Virus record (IMG/VR): IMGVR_UViG_2529293078_000007 | Reading direction: 5' to 3' (one strand) | Length of the DNA stretch: 5,365 nt | From: a virus | Taxonomy: Duplodnaviria > Heunggongvirae > Uroviricota > Caudoviricetes | Shown here: positions 4,824 to 5,365 of the stretch, in pieces | Layout of the letters: each line of letters begins with the position of its first letter | Position numbering within the stretch: position 1 is the first letter of the stretch | Translations under genes and position numbers: made by a program | The notes under the pieces: model-generated | The model's database searches: none | What the model was told of the DNA's origin: nothing | Seen by the model: only the letters and a program-made list of their open reading frames with translations

Positions 4824-5365
4824 TAATCAGAAGAAATCTGGCAAAAGACCGTTTTACAGTACCAAAAACACAGGCGGGAACCAATCGTGTGATTCACCTT
4901 ATTAAGCCCGCAATCGACGCTCTCCGGAGTCAGATGGCACTAACGAGACTGAGCAAAGAGCATATCATCGATGTTCACCTCAGAGAATTCGGCAGAACAG
5001 AGAAACAAAAATGTACCTTTGTTTTTCAACCTGAAGTGTCAGCGAAAGTAAAAAATTATGGCGACCATTTTACCGTTGACTCAATAAGGCAGATGTGGGA
5101 CGCAGCGGTAAAGCGTGCCGGAATCCGCCATCGCAAATCGTATCAGTCGAGACACACTTATGCCTGCTGGTCGTTAACAGCAGGAGCTAACCCGGCATTC
5201 ATTGCAAACCAGATGGGCCATGCAGATGCGCAAATGGTGTTTCAGGTGTACGGGAAATGGATGTCAGAAAATAATAATGCGCAGGTAATGAACCGCCCCG
5301 GGTTTCCTGGAGAGTGTTTTATCTGTGAACTCAGGCTGCCAGATCATCGTTTCCGATGGAAGCAT
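4820..5365 (+). pseudogene. Tyrosine recombinase/integrase, C-terminal catalytic-domain fragment (intQ-like, lacks the N-terminal half), continues past the window end
   Basis: Frame is open from the stop at 4784-4786 to the window end. First ATG 4820 overlaps the stop of the upstream gene (ATGA). Integrase catalytic motifs are present: beta-hairpin Lys region FTVPKTQAGTNRVIHL, Arg-His in SRHTYA (about 5150-5164), MGHAD, and the catalytic Tyr in QVYGKW (5249-5251). No Box I arginine region or N-terminal DNA-binding domains exist in any upstream frame. Confidence 0.55.

Noticed and set aside
3601-4897. Several short ORFs on both strands (61-88 aa) within the 414-aa gene
   Set aside because: Alternative-frame or antisense shadows of a long ORF with a good RBS.
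1-5365. CRISPR array, tRNA/rRNA genes, IS elements
   Set aside because: No regularly spaced direct repeats, no tRNA-like cloverleaf candidates, and no transposase ORFs or terminal inverted repeats were seen.

Overview
This window looks like the immunity and division-inhibition (dic-type) region of a defective lambdoid prophage from an Enterobacteriaceae genome, comparable to the E. coli Qin dicC-dicA-ydfABC-dicF-dicB-ydfD-ydfE-intQ locus. All family assignments are by eye and from memory; no database search was possible. Leftward (- strand) are a DicC/Cro-like regulator and a partial YdaT-like gene. Rightward (+ strand) are a lambda-cI-type repressor (HTH plus S24 peptidase domain), a YdfA-like small protein, an unrecognised 212-aa protein, a GC-rich hairpin-dense non-coding stretch ending in a DicF-like sRNA with intrinsic terminator, DicB-like and YdfD-like 62-aa proteins, an unrecognised 414-aa protein, and the catalytic half of a tyrosine integrase running off the window end. 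An 18-bp palindrome TGTTTT-N6-AAAACA occurs on both sides of the repressor gene, suggesting OR/OL-like operators. The best candidates for something undescribed are the 212-aa protein with its convergent small ORF (sitting where Qin has ydfB/ydfC), the structured region upstream of DicF, and the 414-aa protein coupled to the integrase fragment. No CRISPR array, tRNA, rRNA or IS element was seen.
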